A DNA stretch of 64,000 bases. Origin: Planctomycetota bacterium. GTDB taxonomy: Bacteria > Planctomycetota > UBA8108 > UBA1146. A program made the translations under genes and the position numbers. The stretch covers positions 386-64,385 of the forward strand of contig JAPKAM010000001.1 of the NCBI GenBank assembly GCA_028825265.1, written 5' to 3'. The notes below the pieces were generated by a model. It was not told the DNA's origin. It worked only from the letters and a program-made list of their open reading frames with translations, and did no database searches. The first letter of the stretch is position 1. Each line of letters starts with the position of its first letter. Below are positions 27,949 to 37,945 of the stretch, piece by piece.

Positions 27949-30900
27949 GAGGGATCTCCGGCGCGGATCGATCTTTGAAGTAATCGGTAGCCGGTAGGAA
28001 TCACGGCCAGCGTCATCACCGTGGCCACAGCAAGGCCCCAGACGACGGTGATCGCCAGCGGCTTGCGAAGTTCCGCCCCAGGGCCCAGGCCAAGCGCCAA
28101 CGGCATCAAACCAAGAATCGTGGTCGCGCTGGTGATGAGGATCGGACGTAATCTCTCGACCCCAGCGGTTTTTGCGGCACTGGACGGGTCATGACCCTGC
28201 TGGCTCAACTGCTGGATCCGAGCGACGAAGATGATGCCATTGTTGACCACGATTCCACACAGCAGGATCACTCCGATCATCGAAAGCACCCCGAGGGGAA
28301 TCCCAGTGAGGAACATCGCGATGACCGCTCCACAGATTCCGAGAGGTACGGTAAAGATGACGATGAACGGCAGAAGCAAGGATTCAAAGGTGCTGGCGAG
28401 CACCAGGTAAACCACGAACACAGCCAGCACCAGTGCCTCAGTAAGACTGGAGAGGGACTCCTTCATCTCCTGGTTCTGACCCGACATCTGAGCAGACGAA
28501 GTCGGCGGCAGGTAATCACCATGGATGACTGATTCCGCCCTCTCGGTGGCAGTTCCAAGATCGATACCATCGGTTCTCGCGGTGACCAGAACGGATCGCT
28601 CTCCACCGACCCGGCGAATCTCCACCGGTCCCAGCGCCTGCTCCAGTCGACCAAGAGAAGCGACCCTCAGAGGTGCGACGACTCCATCTCCTGCTAGTGT
28701 TACCGAGTCCATCTCGACATCGGAAAGGGTCTTATCCAAAGCCCCCCTCATCCGCACACGGATATCGATCGGCTTCTCGGCGTATCGATACTGCGTGGCG
28801 ACTTCTCCGATTCCCTTGGCCCTAAGGCTGTTGGCAATCTGTTCCAGGGAGAGGCCGTATGCAGCAATTCGCACCGGATCCAGCCGAACATGAACCTCCG
28901 GCACCTGATCAGAAACCTGTGCCTTGACATCGAGAAGTCCCGGAACCAATTCCAGCCGATCCTCGATGGCGAAGGCAGATGACCTCAACAGATCCAGATC
29001 TTCATCGTAAACCTCAATCTCGATGGGATCCCTGAAGGTGAACAGCGATGGTCTGCCGAGGGTATATGGACAATCAGGTACCTTATTAAACTCTCCTACG
29101 ATGCGATCGATGACCCGTTCCTCATCCGCACGGTTAGCCTCGGGGGTCAGCGTGACTGAAACCCTGGCAACATGTTCTCTTCGATCTCCCGATTGCACTT
29201 CACCCAGGACCGGAGCATCGCCGACAATCGAGGTGGTCATCGCAATCGGTAATCCCTCTTCACGGAGCCTGTCGATGGCATGTTCTAGTGCAGCCACCTT
29301 GCGATCGGTCTCCTCGAGGGGGGTCCCTTCCGCCAGTTCAACATCAAAGTGAAACTGGCCCTGAAAAAGATCCGGTACCAGTTCTGAACCGAGGTCGGTG
29401 GCCCGCGGTAGAATCGCAAAGCACAGCCCAAGAGCGAGAACAGGTGGCACCCAGGAGACCTCAAGGATTCGGTCCAGCACCCTCGCGTAGGCCTTTTGGG
29501 CCGCTTTCATGGCGACCGTAAAAACGTTGGAGAGTGGACTCAGCAACCGATCGAGCAGTTGAAACAACTTGGACAACCACCCACTACCCGAACCGGAGCC
29601 ATTGGCAATGATGGTGGGAATCACGGTGATGGCGACAAACAAACTTGCCAGTAGCGAATAGGTCACCGTCAGTGCCTGATCCCGGAAGATTTCTCCTCCG
29701 ATGCCCTGGACGAAGATCAGCGGCAAGAAGACTGCGATGGTGGTAAGGGTCGAGGCGATGATTCCCCCCATCACCTGAGCGGTTCCCTGCGTCACGGCAG
29801 TTCGCATCTCCACGCCATCGTCTCGCAAGCGCTGGATCGATTCCAGGACCACCACGCTGTTGTCCACCAGCATTCCGATTCCCAGCGCCAGTCCTCCCAG
29901 AGACAGAACATTGATGCTGACTCCGGTCAATTCCATCAGCAGAAAGGTGACCGCCACGGAGATCGGAATGGAGAGTGCAATGGTCAGGGTGCTGATTATG
30001 TTTCGAAGAAACAAGAACAGCACCAGTGCCGCCAACATCGCTCCCACCATGGCGGTGGACTCGACACTGGCGATCGATTCCTCGATGAATCGAGCCTGGT
30101 CGGCAAGGATTTCAATTTCACAGCCATTTAGACTTCGATCTTTCTCCAACGTTTCTAGCCGCGCACGAACGCCCTTGGCCACAGACACCGCGTTGGCATC
30201 GCCCTCCTTGTAGAGGTCGATCTGAACCGCCGGTTTTCCATTGACGCGCACGAGGATTTCTTCGTCCTTTGGAACGATCTCGGCAGAACCGATGTCCCTC
30301 ACCCGTACGGTTCCCGCTTCACCATGGCGGATGATGACATCTTCAATGTCCTCGAGAGATTGGAATTCCCGGACGGTCCTCAACCGGTATGCCGTCTGCT
30401 GATCCCGGATCTCTCCGCCAGAGCGATTGACATTTTCCTGTGCCAGACGCTGGGCCACTTCCGGAACCGAAATCCGCAGCACATCGAGGCGTTTGGGATC
30501 GAGTTCGACCAGCACTTCGTCCTCGGCCCCACCGATGACCCTTGCTGCAGCCACTCCATCGAGAGTCTCTAACGAACGCTTAACCCGTAATTCTGCCAGT
30601 TTTCTCAGGTCAGCGACGGAGCGTGACCCGGTCAGTGCCAATCGCATCATCGGATCGAGAGAAGGATCGAAACGGAACACCAGCGGCGCACGGGCATCAT
30701 CCGGCAGGTTGATGAGATCGAGTTTCTCTCTCACATCGAGGCTGGCCCGCTGCATATCGGTATCCCAGCTGAACTCCAGAACCACCTCTGAAACACCTGC
30801 ACGAGAATCACTGATGTACCTGCGCAAGCCCTGAACCACACCGACCACTTCTTCGATCGGCTCGGTAACCAGTTGTTCCACTTCTTGGGGGGACGCATCC

Positions 30901-31058
30901 GGCAATTCGGTCTGAACCGTCAGCGTCGGGTAGGTGATATCTGGAAGCAACTCGATGGGAAGACGTCCGAGCGAAAGAGCACCGAAGGTAAATGCGGCGA
31001 TGGTGATCATTCCCACCGTCACTGGTCTTCGGATGATTCCCTTCAGCCAGTTCTCCAT
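27945..31058 (-). CDS. RND family efflux permease (AcrB/MdtB-like), first of a tandem pair
   Basis: 1037 aa. RND motifs (GIVVNNGIIFV, AAKTAGVERLRPILITSATTILGLMPLA). Its stop overlaps the downstream RND gene start by 4 bp. Confidence 0.9.
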   Translation of the reverse strand: MENWLKGIIRRPVTVGMITIAAFTFGALSLGRLPIELLPDITYPTLTVQTELPDASPQEVEQLVTEPIEEVVGVVQGLRRYISDSRAGVSEVVLEFSWDTDMQRASLDVREKLDLINLPDDARAPLVFRFDPSLDPMMRLALTGSRSVADLRKLAELRVKRSLETLDGVAAARVIGGAEDEVLVELDPKRLDVLRISVPEVAQRLAQENVNRSGGEIRDQQTAYRLRTVREFQSLEDIEDVIIRHGEAGTVRVRDIGSAEIVPKDEEILVRVNGKPAVQIDLYKEGDANAVSVAKGVRARLETLEKDRSLNGCEIEILADQARFIEESIASVESTAMVGAMLAALVLFLFLRNIISTLTIALSIPISVAVTFLLMELTGVSINVLSLGGLALGIGMLVDNSVVVLESIQRLRDDGVEMRTAVTQGTAQVMGGIIASTLTTIAVFLPLIFVQGIGGEIFRDQALTVTYSLLASLFVAITVIPTIIANGSGSGSGWLSKLFQLLDRLLSPLSNVFTVAMKAAQKAYARVLDRILEVSWVPPVLALGLCFAILPRATDLGSELVPDLFQGQFHFDVELAEGTPLEETDRKVAALEHAIDRLREEGLPIAMTTSIVGDAPVLGEVQSGDRREHVARVSVTLTPEANRADEERVIDRIVGEFNKVPDCPYTLGRPSLFTFRDPIEIEVYDEDLDLLRSSAFAIEDRLELVPGLLDVKAQVSDQVPEVHVRLDPVRIAAYGLSLEQIANSLRAKGIGEVATQYRYAEKPIDIRVRMRGALDKTLSDVEMDSVTLAGDGVVAPLRVASLGRLEQALGPVEIRRVGGERSVLVTARTDGIDLGTATERAESVIHGDYLPPTSSAQMSGQNQEMKESLSSLTEALVLAVFVVYLVLASTFESLLLPFIVIFTVPLGICGAVIAMFLTGIPLGVLSMIGVILLCGIVVNNGIIFVARIQQLSQQGHDPSSAAKTAGVERLRPILITSATTILGLMPLALGLGPGAELRKPLAITVVWGLAVATVMTLAVIPTGYRLLQRSIRAGDPS

Positions 31059-31082
31059 CGATTCCTCCTCAGCAACGGTAAA

Positions 31083-32507
31083 TCATCCGCCGGAGCTGTT
31101 GGTTCCGCTCGCTTCGCTGGTCTTCTGAATTTGAGTCTCGACCTGCGTCGATCCTGCAGGATCGACGGCAGTGTTACCCGTAGGGATGGCTACCGATGGC
31201 GAGCGTGAGTCTTTACCCGGACGCCGGCCGGTGGACTTCCCCGCTCGGCGATCACCACGAGTCTCACCAGAGGTACCGGTCGGACCTGTCCGTGATTCCT
31301 TTATTGGATTCGGCTGCCGATCTGCGGAACCACCATCCATCCTCTCGACGGTGATGGAGTCGACTTCGACTGGAATTTCTCGGTAGACGCTAACCCGATC
31401 ACGATCGGAAAGATCGTCCAGCCCCTGGACCACGACCCGGTCACCCAGGCCCAGTCCTTCCTCGCAGACGATGATCGTCTCGTTCTCGTAACCGGTCACC
31501 ACATCGATCTCCTGAACAGTTTCACCATCTTCGAGCAGGCGAAAGATGCGTGATCGTCCTTCACCTTTCAGCACCGCCTTGCGCGGCACCACGATGCAGT
31601 TCTTCAGGGTCCTGGTGATGATGTCTATGTGGGCAAATGAACCGGGTCGTAACGTCACTCCCGCATCTGGAAATGTGGTCAACACCTCGACGGTCAAACT
31701 CTCGCGATCGACCACCGGACTGATTCGTTCGACGGTGCCTTCGGAAAGCACCGGGCCGTCGCTTTCAGAGCGCAGCACACAGCGTTGACCCAGTTCGACA
31801 TCACCCACTTCGCTCTCGGGGAGGTACAGCCGAACTCGAAGCGGCTCAAAGTCGGCGAAGGCAAATAATTCATCGCCAACTCGAACGTATTGCCCCGATT
31901 CCACCCGGCGACGAATGATGATGCCGTCGAATAAAGCCTCGGGCTGAGAATGCCCCAGGTCGATCAGGGAACGAGCATGATTCGCTTCAGTTTTCTGCAG
32001 AGTAAATCGGGAGTCTTCTAGTTCTTGATTGGTGACGCCGCGAATTTCAGACAAACCCTCGAGTCGTTCGAAACTCGCCTTGGCCTGCTCCATCTCAATT
32101 CGAGCGAGTTGTTCTGAGATCCGCAACTCCTCCTGATCGATGGTGCAGAGGGTCATCCCCTTGCTCACCTGCTGGCCCTCGACCACGTGAACGTCGTCGA
32201 CACTTCCTTCGACCCTGGAGAGGAGCGAGACCTGTCTCTCGGGCTCCAGGATTCCACTGCCGCGGACTCGTTCTCGAATCACTGCCAACATCGAGGAGGT
32301 CACTTCTACTGGCACCACTTCTTGTCGGTTGCTGGTCGCCGATGTTCCGTATTGAAATCCACCGGAACTTCGACCTCCCGAGGATCCAGGCCGTCCCATC
32401 GAACCGGCTCCAGGTGCAGAGTTTCCACCAGGAATGGCACCGTGAGAGAACCAGCCGATGGCCACCAGGGCGATCGCAGTGATCAACTGCGGCATCCATC
32501 GTTTCAT
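31083..32507 (-). CDS. RND efflux membrane fusion protein (HlyD/MdtA-like) with long Gly/Ser/Arg-rich C-terminal tail
   Basis: Lipoyl, beta-barrel and hairpin pattern (coiled-coil ...ISEQLARIEMEQAKASFERLEGL...). The C-terminal ~100 aa are low-complexity (GPTGTSGETRGDRRAGKSTGRRPGKDSRSPS...). Confidence 0.85.
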   Translation of the reverse strand: MKRWMPQLITAIALVAIGWFSHGAIPGGNSAPGAGSMGRPGSSGGRSSGGFQYGTSATSNRQEVVPVEVTSSMLAVIRERVRGSGILEPERQVSLLSRVEGSVDDVHVVEGQQVSKGMTLCTIDQEELRISEQLARIEMEQAKASFERLEGLSEIRGVTNQELEDSRFTLQKTEANHARSLIDLGHSQPEALFDGIIIRRRVESGQYVRVGDELFAFADFEPLRVRLYLPESEVGDVELGQRCVLRSESDGPVLSEGTVERISPVVDRESLTVEVLTTFPDAGVTLRPGSFAHIDIITRTLKNCIVVPRKAVLKGEGRSRIFRLLEDGETVQEIDVVTGYENETIIVCEEGLGLGDRVVVQGLDDLSDRDRVSVYREIPVEVDSITVERMDGGSADRQPNPIKESRTGPTGTSGETRGDRRAGKSTGRRPGKDSRSPSVAIPTGNTAVDPAGSTQVETQIQKTSEASGTNSSGG

Positions 32508-32836
32508 GTGCGACTCTCTTCACATTCCGGACAGGGGCATGCAGCTCTCAGCCGATCCAGCGACCAGATGCCGGTGCCATGACCGTCGGAAAAAGTCAGG
32601 TTCAATCCGTACCTGCCGGTTCGTTCAAATGAGGTGCAATGGAGATCGACAGGAAGGGATTTAGGATCGAGAATTGGCTTCCTCGACCACTCATCGATAC
32701 AGGCGGCGCATTCACAGCTCTCCCGCAGCGGTCGATGGGGAAAAAGGCTCTCATGCCCGTCTCCCCAAACGATCAGTAGCATCGCCGGCTTCAAGAGTTC
32801 GACGACATCGGCTCGAATCCTGGTGGAGAGTTCCAT
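32504..32836 (-). CDS. DUF971 (gamma-butyrobetaine hydroxylase-like N-terminal domain) family protein
   Basis: The Cys-rich motif PLRESCECAACIDEWS...CPCPECEE is typical of DUF971. It overlaps the membrane fusion protein start by 4 bp, so it is the first gene of the efflux operon. Confidence 0.65.
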   Translation of the reverse strand: MELSTRIRADVVELLKPAMLLIVWGDGHESLFPHRPLRESCECAACIDEWSRKPILDPKSLPVDLHCTSFERTGRYGLNLTFSDGHGTGIWSLDRLRAACPCPECEESRT

Positions 32837-33284
32837 GGGGTCCCTTCAGGATCCGCAAACGGCCATCATTGTACCTATGAAGAGGATATCCCTCACTCGA
32901 ATCTGGTCAGGATCCAACCGAGTCAGGGACCAGAGGTGAAGGAGTGAGCCCCCTCCGGAATTGGGTCGATCCCGGAGAGGGCCGATTTGGAAGGCAAATT
33001 CGGCTGTTCTTTCCCTCCGTGGGGCAGGAAAGAGAAAAAGGTGGGCCGGAGAGAGGTACGCCGCGTCAACTTCGGGGAAAAACCACTCCACGGGTTCGAC
33101 AACTCCCCAACTCTCTCCGGCCGTCGAACCGCCGCCAAATATACTTTGCACAATGTAAAATGTAAAGTGCATTTTCAACCTTTCTCGTAACCCCCTCGCG
33201 CTGAAGTGATTAGCAGCGTCAAAATCCTCCAGCGCAGTTCTTGCCAGGGCTGAAACGCTGCTAGAGACTCTTTCCGGAGGCTCG

Positions 33285-34208
33285 ATGAACGACCATCACC
33301 CTGCGATCTTTCAAGACTGGCTGCTTCAACTGCAACAACGGATCTGTTCCACCCTCGAGCAGCTGGAGAACGGCGCACGTTTTGATTCCACCTCCTGGGA
33401 GCGACCAGAGGGAGGAGGAGGCGAGAGTCGACTGCTTCGTGATGGGGAGTTGTTCGAGCAAGCGGGAGTCAACATCTCGATGATCGAGGGGGACTCTCTT
33501 CCGGCCAGTGCCAGTGCGGCGAGACCTCAACTCGCGGGTCGTAGTTTCAAAGCGATGGGGCTCTCTCTGGTGATCCATCCACGCAACCCATTCGTCCCCA
33601 CCACTCACATGAACGTACGGTTATTTCACGCCGAAGCGGCAGGGGAAGAACCGATCTGGTGGTTCGGAGGCGGCTACGACTTGACCCCTTACTACCCTTT
33701 CCTCGAGGACGCTCAGCACTGGCATCGCAACGCCCAGGCTGCGCTGGACCGCCATGACCCCGACTATTACCCGCGCTTCAAGGAATGGTGCGACCGTTAC
33801 TTTTTTCTTCCGCACCGAGATGAAACCCGAGGGGTCGGGGGCATCTTCTTTGATGACCTGGAGGACGGCGGCTTTACCGATGCGATGTCCATCACGCAAT
33901 CGGTCGGAGATTCTTTTCTCGCTGGTTACCTACCGATCATCGAGCGCCGTCGACATCTTCCCCACGGCGATCGAGAACGTCAGTTCCAGCTCTATCGCCG
34001 CGGCCGTTACGTCGAGTTCAACCTGTTATTCGATCGGGGCACCCTGTTCGGAATCCAGAGTGGCGGGCGGACCGAAGCGATCCTCATGTCGCTGCCGCCA
34101 GTGGTTCGCTGGCAGAGTGGCTGGAGTCCCCAGGCCGATTCCGAAGAGGCCAAACTGACCGATTTCCTCAAACCTAGAGATTGGCTGGACCTCACGGATA
34201 AGCCGTAA
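33285..34208 (+). CDS. hemF: Oxygen-dependent coproporphyrinogen III oxidase
   Basis: Matches HemF throughout: ...[22 protein letters not shown]..., [73 protein letters not shown] before the ATG. Confidence 0.9.
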   Translation: MNDHHPAIFQDWLLQLQQRICSTLEQLENGARFDSTSWERPEGGGGESRLLRDGELFEQAGVNISMIEGDSLPASASAARPQLAGRSFKAMGLSLVIHPRNPFVPTTHMNVRLFHAEAAGEEPIWWFGGGYDLTPYYPFLEDAQHWHRNAQAALDRHDPDYYPRFKEWCDRYFFLPHRDETRGVGGIFFDDLEDGGFTDAMSITQSVGDSFLAGYLPIIERRRHLPHGDRERQFQLYRRGRYVEFNLLFDRGTLFGIQSGGRTEAILMSLPPVVRWQSGWSPQADSEEAKLTDFLKPRDWLDLTDKP

Positions 34209-34325
34209 GATCTTCTATTAAAGCAGGTTAACTCTGCCGAGTTGTTTCACCGCATCTCCCGATTGCCATTTTGGCAACCGGAGACTTGCCAAACTGACAA
34301 CTACGGTTATTCTCGTAAGTGAGGC

Positions 34326-35939
34326 ATGCTGAATGCCATCGAGATCCAGATCTGGGAACGGAGAGGTCGCCCCTTGAACCAGCAATACGAAGACGAATCG
34401 TTTGAAGAACAAGAAGAGGAAAATGATGTTGGTGGCTGGCTCACCAACACACCGTACTGGCTCATCTCCATCGCCCTTCACGTGATTGTTCTGTTCATCC
34501 TCGGCAGTGTTGTCGTTCTCGAAATTGTTGAGGAAGAGGAACAGCGCCGGACCGTGGTCAAGAAAGAGATCAAGCCACCAAAGTACGATCCGACCAAGAA
34601 GCGAGACATCGAGCGCAAGCCAGAGATCCTCGAGAAGCAAAAGAAGGATCCGGTCAAGATTCTCAAACCCGACAAGATCAGCCGGACTCCCAAGGGAACC
34701 AGCAAGAACAACAAGACCAACAAGAACATCAAGAACCAGCTCAATGATGCCTTCGGAATGACTGGCGCGGGAGCCGGTGCCTACGGAGATCGTTTCGGAA
34801 GAGGATCCCTCTCTCGTGAAGGAGGCTCCGAGGCCACCGAGAGCGCCGTGCTCGCGGCGCTCAAGTGGCTCGAACGGCATCAGCACCCCGACGGCCACTG
34901 GTCCTCGAATGGCTTCCTCCGTCCCGATGGGTGTGAAAAAGAAGATGGCGATGGATGGGATGGCTACGATGTCGGCTGCACTGCCATGGCGATGCTGGCC
35001 TACCTCGGATTTGGCCATACACACGAGAGTGGCGAGTTCCCTGAATTCGTAGTGGTGATGCGTAAAGCGATGGACTGGATGCTCAAACAGCAGGTCAAAG
35101 ACGCGGATCCCAAGATCAAAGGCTTGTTCGGATTGCCCCTCGATAATGCCGACGAGTGGATCTACAACCACGCCATCGCGACGATGGCGATGAGTGAGTT
35201 ATTGCTGCTCTCCCATGACAAGATCAAGTTGGCCAAACCGGTTGAAAATGCCACAAAATGGTGCCTGCGGGCACAGAATCCCGGATACGGGTGGAAGTAC
35301 GGTTACCAGGCAGGCCGCAACGATACCTCTGTCACCGGCTGGATGGTGCTGGCTCTGAAGACCTCCAAGGTCTGTGCCCTGTCCCGCTACATCAAGATCA
35401 AATCAAAGGACTTCCAGCCCGCCTTTGACGGTGCGCTCAAGTGGTTCGAATCCTGTACTTCTGAGCGAAGTGGAATCTGCGGCTACGAGACTCCGGGAGA
35501 CGAGGGCTCCCGTCTGCAGGCCCATGTCGAACCCTATCCGTACTCCAAGGATCTCTCCTGTATGACCGCAGTTTCGGTGCTGTGCCGCATCTTCGCCGGC
35601 GAAAAAACCAGTTCCGATGCGATCAAGTCTGGAGCTGCCGTTTTGATGGAGGAAATTCCCCGCTGGCGTGCCCAGCAGGGCAAGCGTAAGTCGAAGATCA
35701 ACCTCTACTACTGGTACTACGCCACCTACGCGATGTTCCAGATCGGCGGAAGTAAGTGGCGCGAGTGGAATGAAGCGATGATCGAAGCGCTGGTTAAAAA
35801 CCAGCGAGTCGGCGGTTGTGAAGATGGATCCTGGGATCCGGTCGGAGAATGGGGCATCGCTGGTGGACGCGTCTACAACACGGCCATCGGTGCGATGACC
35901 CTCGAAGTCTACTACCGCTTCGCCAGAGCCGGAAATTGA
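34326..35939 (+). CDS. Membrane-anchored prenyltransferase/squalene-oxidase-repeat (alpha/alpha-toroid) protein with Lys-rich linker
   Basis: TM YWLISIALHVIVLFILGSVVVL. K/E-rich linker. Repeated toroid motifs (AVLAALKWLERHQHPDGHW, GWKYGYQAGRNDTSVTGWMVLAL, YWYYATYAMFQIGG). Confidence 0.6.
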   Translation: MLNAIEIQIWERRGRPLNQQYEDESFEEQEEENDVGGWLTNTPYWLISIALHVIVLFILGSVVVLEIVEEEEQRRTVVKKEIKPPKYDPTKKRDIERKPEILEKQKKDPVKILKPDKISRTPKGTSKNNKTNKNIKNQLNDAFGMTGAGAGAYGDRFGRGSLSREGGSEATESAVLAALKWLERHQHPDGHWSSNGFLRPDGCEKEDGDGWDGYDVGCTAMAMLAYLGFGHTHESGEFPEFVVVMRKAMDWMLKQQVKDADPKIKGLFGLPLDNADEWIYNHAIATMAMSELLLLSHDKIKLAKPVENATKWCLRAQNPGYGWKYGYQAGRNDTSVTGWMVLALKTSKVCALSRYIKIKSKDFQPAFDGALKWFESCTSERSGICGYETPGDEGSRLQAHVEPYPYSKDLSCMTAVSVLCRIFAGEKTSSDAIKSGAAVLMEEIPRWRAQQGKRKSKINLYYWYYATYAMFQIGGSKWREWNEAMIEALVKNQRVGGCEDGSWDPVGEWGIAGGRVYNTAIGAMTLEVYYRFARAGN

Positions 35940-35980
35940 TGGGCGACTGCTCGATGAATGAATCCGCCGCTTCGCCATCG

Positions 35981-36184
35981 ATGATCGAGGTACGACTCAA
36001 TGGCGAGTCGCACCCCGTTCATCCGGGAACCACAGTCGCAGCACTCATCGAGGGTCTCGCCATCGAAACGACTGCGGTTGCAGTCGAACGCAATCGCAAG
36101 ATCGTTCCTCGTTCACTTCATCCCTCGACCGTCGTCGAGGCCGGAGATGAACTAGAAGTGGTCACCATCGTCGGAGGAGGTTGA
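35981..36184 (+). CDS. thiS: Thiamine biosynthesis sulfur-carrier protein ThiS
   Basis: MIEVRLNGESHPV...ELEVVTIVGGG (67 aa ending in Gly-Gly). The frame is open from 35939, so upstream in-frame ATGs (35939, 35954) are alternative starts. Confidence 0.75.
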   Translation: MIEVRLNGESHPVHPGTTVAALIEGLAIETTAVAVERNRKIVPRSLHPSTVVEAGDELEVVTIVGGG

Positions 36185-36187
36185 TCT

Positions 36188-36991
36188 TTGAATTTGGAAC
36201 TGACCCGTGTCACCGAAACAAAGCCCAAACCGCTCGAACTGGGTGGTCGTACCTTCCGCTCACGACTGCTGGTGGGAACTGGCAAGTACTCTGATCACGA
36301 GACGATGAATGCCGCTCTCGAAGCATCTGGCTGTGAGATGGTCACGGTGGCGATTCGACGTGTCGATCTCTCGAGTTCCGACAACCTGCTCTCCCACCTC
36401 GATCGGGAACGCTACTTCTTGCTCCCCAACACCGCCGGCTGTTTCAATGCCGAGGACGCCATCCGGGTTTGCCACCTGTCACGAGAATTGGGTCTAGGAG
36501 ACTGGGTAAAACTAGAGGTTCTGGGTGACAAAAAGACGCTGCTCCCCGATCCGATCGGGACTCTCGAGGCGTGCCGATCCCTCGTCTCTGAAGGTTTCAA
36601 GGTGATGGTCTACACCAGTGATGATCCTGTGCTGGCACTTCGGTTGCAAGATGCCGGAGCGACCTCGGTGATGCCCGCGGGTTCTCCCATCGGCAGCGGC
36701 CAAGGAATCCTCAATCCAAACAACATCTCCATCATCCTCGAGCAACTCGAGGTTCCTGTGATCATCGATGCCGGCGTCGGAACCGCCAGCGACGTCACCA
36801 TCGCGATGGAACTGGGAGCCGAGGGCGTGCTACTCAACACCGGCATCGCTGGAGCCCGCGATCCCGTGGCGATGGCCCATGCGATGCGAAACGCGCTCGA
36901 TGCCGGTTGGTTCGCTGCCCGAGCCGGGCGGATCCCCAAGCGTAGATATGCCCAGGCGTCCAGTCCCACCGAGGGTGTGCTGGGCGAGTGA
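36188..36991 (+). CDS. thiG: Thiazole synthase ThiG
   Basis: [36 protein letters not shown]...; ...[14 protein letters not shown]...; ThiG throughout. Apparent TTG start. Confidence 0.9.
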   Translation: MNLELTRVTETKPKPLELGGRTFRSRLLVGTGKYSDHETMNAALEASGCEMVTVAIRRVDLSSSDNLLSHLDRERYFLLPNTAGCFNAEDAIRVCHLSRELGLGDWVKLEVLGDKKTLLPDPIGTLEACRSLVSEGFKVMVYTSDDPVLALRLQDAGATSVMPAGSPIGSGQGILNPNNISIILEQLEVPVIIDAGVGTASDVTIAMELGAEGVLLNTGIAGARDPVAMAHAMRNALDAGWFAARAGRIPKRRYAQASSPTEGVLGE

Positions 36992-37944
36992 TGTTTCAGG
37001 CTGCGTTAGGAACCGAAAGTGAAGAGCGACCATTGGGGTTCGATCCGCTGGGGTCCGATCCGATGGGATCCGATCTGATCGACTCTGATCTGGTCGATTC
37101 CGCTGCTTCCGTGCCAGCGGCCAGCGAACCCGACAGCTGGATCCTCTACATGGTAGCCATTGCCATGATCTACATCTCGCTGGTCGCGCTGCGCAAGTTG
37201 GCCTCTCATTTCTTCGCTAAATCTGCTCCGCAAACAAACGTACCCCTCTTCAAGATCGAAGATCTGCTGATCATCTTTGGCCTGTGGATCTTCTCCACCA
37301 CAGCGGTGGTCTCTTTGATCCTGACTCTGTTTGACGACCGATTCCTGGCCATCCCCAGTTCGGCCATCATCAGCATCCTGATGATGGTCATGACCATCAC
37401 TGTGCACCGAAAACGATGTGTCGAGCAGAATCGGCCTACGGACTTCTTCATCGTAGACGGAACATCTGCGGGAAAATTGGTAGGTGTCGCACTGTTGGCA
37501 CTGCTTTGCTACTTGCCCGCCCACCTCGGTGTCTCCTGGTTCTGGGACTCACTCTTGCGCGTGTTCGATTTTGACAATGATGTACAGCAAGGGGTCGTCG
37601 TGATTCGTGACGCGATCCAGCAACAGAACTGGGGACTGCTGCTCTCGATGGCCTTGATGGCGGTGGTGATCGCTCCCTGCATTGAGGAAGTTCTGTTTCG
37701 TGGATTACTGTTTCGATTCCTGCGCGATCAGAATGGCTTCTTTCCTGCGGCGCTGATTTCATCGATGTTATTTGGCCTGATGCATGACGCCAGCTGGGGC
37801 CCACTGGTCGTACTTGGTTTCCTGCTCGCCTGGCTCTATCAACGAAGCGGCAATCTACTGGTCAGCATCATCTTTCATGCCACGTTCAATTCGGTGACGA
37901 TTGGCCTCCTGTTCCTGGTCGAGTACATGGGCTGGGGTGCCTGA
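36988..37944 (+). CDS. CPBP (CAAX) family intramembrane metalloprotease
   Basis: Motif 1 [10 protein letters not shown], motif 2 FGLMHD, motif 3 IFHATFN. Multiple TM segments. Confidence 0.8.
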   Translation: MMFQAALGTESEERPLGFDPLGSDPMGSDLIDSDLVDSAASVPAASEPDSWILYMVAIAMIYISLVALRKLASHFFAKSAPQTNVPLFKIEDLLIIFGLWIFSTTAVVSLILTLFDDRFLAIPSSAIISILMMVMTITVHRKRCVEQNRPTDFFIVDGTSAGKLVGVALLALLCYLPAHLGVSWFWDSLLRVFDFDNDVQQGVVVIRDAIQQQNWGLLLSMALMAVVIAPCIEEVLFRGLLFRFLRDQNGFFPAALISSMLFGLMHDASWGPLVVLGFLLAWLYQRSGNLLVSIIFHATFNSVTIGLLFLVEYMGWGA

Positions 37945-37945
37945 G

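Noticed and set aside
35441-35455. GGTTCGAATCC (tRNA T-loop consensus)
   Set aside because: It lies inside a well-supported coding region (prenyltransferase-repeat protein) with no surrounding cloverleaf.
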